A stretch of DNA of 40,415 nucleotides from a virus, in IMG/VR virus record IMGVR_UViG_3300006188_000005, positions 1 to 40,415 of that record; one strand, given 5' to 3'. Made by a program: the position numbers and the translations under genes. The stretch's first letter is position 1, and each line of letters begins with the position of its first letter. The notes below the pieces were generated by a model. That model saw only the letters and a program-made list of their open reading frames with translations, was not told the origin of the DNA and did not search any database. Positions 39,179 through 40,415 of the stretch are shown here, one piece after another.

Positions 39179-40220
39179 TCTTCGCAATCTGCATGTCCGT
39201 GAGCCGCGTGCGCTCATAGATGCGCGCCGTGGCTTCGTGCCGCAGGTCATGGAAGTGCAGCCCGTTGCACTCGGCCGCCTCGAAGATCCGCGCGAACTGC
39301 CGCGATAGCTGAGCCGTGCAGCGCCGCAACTCGGCGCGTGTCCGCTCGCCACTCCACCACGGGAACACCTGCTCGTCAGGCGCACGGTCGTGCAGGTAGA
39401 CCTTGAGCAGCTTGCGCAACACCGTGGTGATCGGCACCTGCCGCTTGTCGCCATTCTTGGTCTTGTCGAGGAAGATCGTTCGCCGCTCCAGGTCGATCTG
39501 GGCGACGGTGAGCGTGTACATCTCGCTCATACGCATGGCCGATTCCAGCGCCATGTCGAACAGCAACACCAACGCCGGCCCGTGCCGAAGCTCCAGTGCC
39601 CGCTGCCGCCCTTCCGCCTTGGCGCCGGCCAGCACCGCACGGATCGCCGGTTCCTCGGCCGCCTCCAGTCGGCGATCGCGCTCGTCGTCGCCCTTCGCCT
39701 CGCCCTCCACCAGCGCCACCTGCGTCACGTCGTCCGGCGTGTACGTCGAATACCCCTTGCGCAGCAGCCGCAGCGGGTTCATCGGTATGTCGCCCTTCGC
39801 GGCCAACCAGTCCAGCGCGCGGGCCAGCGCTCCGACGTAGTGGCGGATTGTGCTCGGCGCCAGGTTCTGCTCGCGCTTCATCGCCGTCACCCACGCCTGA
39901 GCCCAAGTGAACGTGAGGCCCGGCAGCGCCAACTTGCGCGGCAGCCTCAGCTCCACCACGTCGAGCAACGCCGTGTCGTCGGCGGAAATGTGCTGCGCGC
40001 TCTTGTATCGCGTCAGCGCATCGCTCAACAGGTTCGTCGCCGAGGGTTTCGTGCCGAACTCTTCCGGCACCACTCCGCGCGCCAGCAGCGCCTCCAGCCG
40101 GCGCACGTATTCGTCGCCCTCGGCCTCATCGTCAAAACTCACATAGACCGGCTTGGGCAACACCCCTGCGCGCCGTATCGTGTAGTGCCAGGTAGACCCG
40201 CGCCGCCGCTTCGTCGCCAT
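39099..40220 (-). CDS. int: Tyrosine recombinase / phage integrase
   Basis: 373 aa from MATKRRRGSTWHYTIRR. Catalytic signatures are present (…AMRMSEMYTL…, HFHDLRHEATARI, GHKNLASLRRYANL). It is adjacent to the attR/tRNA copy. Confidence 0.93.
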   Translation of the reverse strand: MATKRRRGSTWHYTIRRAGVLPKPVYVSFDDEAEGDEYVRRLEALLARGVVPEEFGTKPSATNLLSDALTRYKSAQHISADDTALLDVVELRLPRKLALPGLTFTWAQAWVTAMKREQNLAPSTIRHYVGALARALDWLAAKGDIPMNPLRLLRKGYSTYTPDDVTQVALVEGEAKGDDERDRRLEAAEEPAIRAVLAGAKAEGRQRALELRHGPALVLLFDMALESAMRMSEMYTLTVAQIDLERRTIFLDKTKNGDKRQVPITTVLRKLLKVYLHDRAPDEQVFPWWSGERTRAELRRCTAQLSRQFARIFEAAECNGLHFHDLRHEATARIYERTRLTDMQIAKITGHKNLASLRRYANLRGTNLAEGMW

Positions 40221-40227
40221 CCGTGAA

Positions 40228-40288
40228 AACTCGCGTAATCGGAAACGACGCAAGCTTACGCGAGTTTGCCACTCAAAAACGAGTGGCA
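40228..40288 (-). promoter_or_regulatory. Two adjacent stem-loops immediately upstream of the int start codon
   Basis: AACTCGCGTAA (40228-40238) pairs with TTACGCGAGTT (40256-40266), an 11-bp stem. TGCCACTC (40267-40274) pairs with GAGTGGCA (40281-40288). On the int strand the 11-bp stem ends in GAGTTTTCACGG directly before the ATG. Confidence 0.5.
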
Positions 40289-40321
40289 AACCCTCGATTT
40301 CTCCCCTTTTCCACCGAATCT

Positions 40322-40352
40322 CAGAAACGAAAAAGGCGCCCTTAAGGCGCCT
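40322..40352 (-). terminator. Rho-independent terminator downstream of tRNA-Cys (supplied by phage DNA)
   Basis: On the minus strand the sequence is AGGCGCC-TTAAG-GGCGCCT followed by TTTTTCGTTTC. It lies 17 nt after the tRNA CCA end. Confidence 0.8.
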
Positions 40353-40362
40353 AAACCGTTGT

Positions 40363-40415
40363 AGACAATGGAGGCCTAGGTCGGAATCGAACCGGCGTAC
40401 GCGGATTTGCAGTCC
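40363..40415 (-). repeat. attR core (identical to 1-53)
   Basis: 53/53 identity with the left end. The window ends inside the repeat or tRNA, so the true repeat could be longer. Confidence 0.85.
40369..40415 (-). tRNA. tRNA-Cys: tRNA-Cys (GCA), 3-prime 47 nt only (the gene continues beyond the window end)
   Basis: The reverse complement is GGA-CTGCAAA-TCCGC-GTAC-GCCGG-TTCGATT-CCGAC-CTAGGCC-T-CCA. This gives the anticodon loop with GCA, the T-loop, the acceptor 3-prime strand and the CCA end. As I fold it by eye there is one C-A mismatch in the T stem. Confidence 0.8.

Larger units (their letters stand above)
1..40415. mobile_element. Complete integrated temperate prophage (long-tailed, lambda-type packaging/head module) inserted in tRNA-Cys
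   Basis: Identical 53-bp direct repeats sit at both window ends and an integrase lies next to the right repeat. The window holds full lysis, tail, head, terminase, replication, immunity, accessory and xis/int modules. Genes are densely packed, with many ATGA start/stop overlaps. Confidence 0.93.

Overview
The whole window is one integrated temperate prophage of about 40.3 kb in a high-GC proteobacterial background. It has siphovirus-like long-tail architecture with lambda-type packaging and head genes. It is bounded by identical 53-bp direct repeats (1-53 and 40363-40415) that are the 3-prime part of a tRNA-Cys(GCA) gene. The tyrosine integrase sits next to the right copy.

Layout, left to right:
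- 112-2399 (minus): lysis cassette. Order is SLT-type endolysin, holin, a TM/coiled-coil protein, a Cys/His-rich protein, an i-spanin, and an overlapping o-spanin lipoprotein.
- 2483-2755: secreted moron.
- 2787-15156 (minus): tail genes. These include a small tail protein, a 630-aa protein, an AT-richer LamG-fold protein, a 1180-aa protein, a 1263-aa tape measure and the tube.
- 15167-20522 (minus): connector and head genes. These include a DUF2190-like protein, a ClpP-protease/major-capsid fusion ORF, a lambda-family portal and gpW.
- 20605-23813 (minus): a very acidic small protein, a Mor-family activator, GpA-type large terminase and small terminase.
- 23970-24205: a non-coding array of 9-bp iterons in inverted clusters around an AT-rich core (cos or ori).
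- 24236-28054 (minus): replication and early genes. These include a VirE-type helicase-like protein, a CHC2/Toprim primase, TraR/DksA, RHH proteins and a Cro-like protein.
- 28140-29454 (plus): repressor plus a Zn-ribbon membrane protein.
- 29578-38888 (plus): a second operator region, then a long translationally coupled accessory operon ending in an orphan C5 DNA methyltransferase and excisionase.
- 39099-40220 (minus): integrase.

The most notable content is a complete diversity-generating retroelement (DGR) at 33493-36352 inside the accessory operon. It has two target genes, Avd, a 117-bp template repeat (TR) and a reverse transcriptase. Both variable regions (VR) differ from the TR only at TR adenines, 12 substitutions each by manual alignment. 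The targets are small, leaderless DUF1566/C-type-lectin-fold proteins rather than tail fibres.

Other items worth a second look:
- a four-member family of conserved intergenic hairpins in the late operon
- the iteron array
- shared 15-bp palindromic operators at two promoters
- an AT-rich LamG receptor-binding candidate
- a duplicated methyltransferase 5-prime segment next to the DGR

All functional calls come from reading the translated ORFs and motifs by eye. No database search was run.
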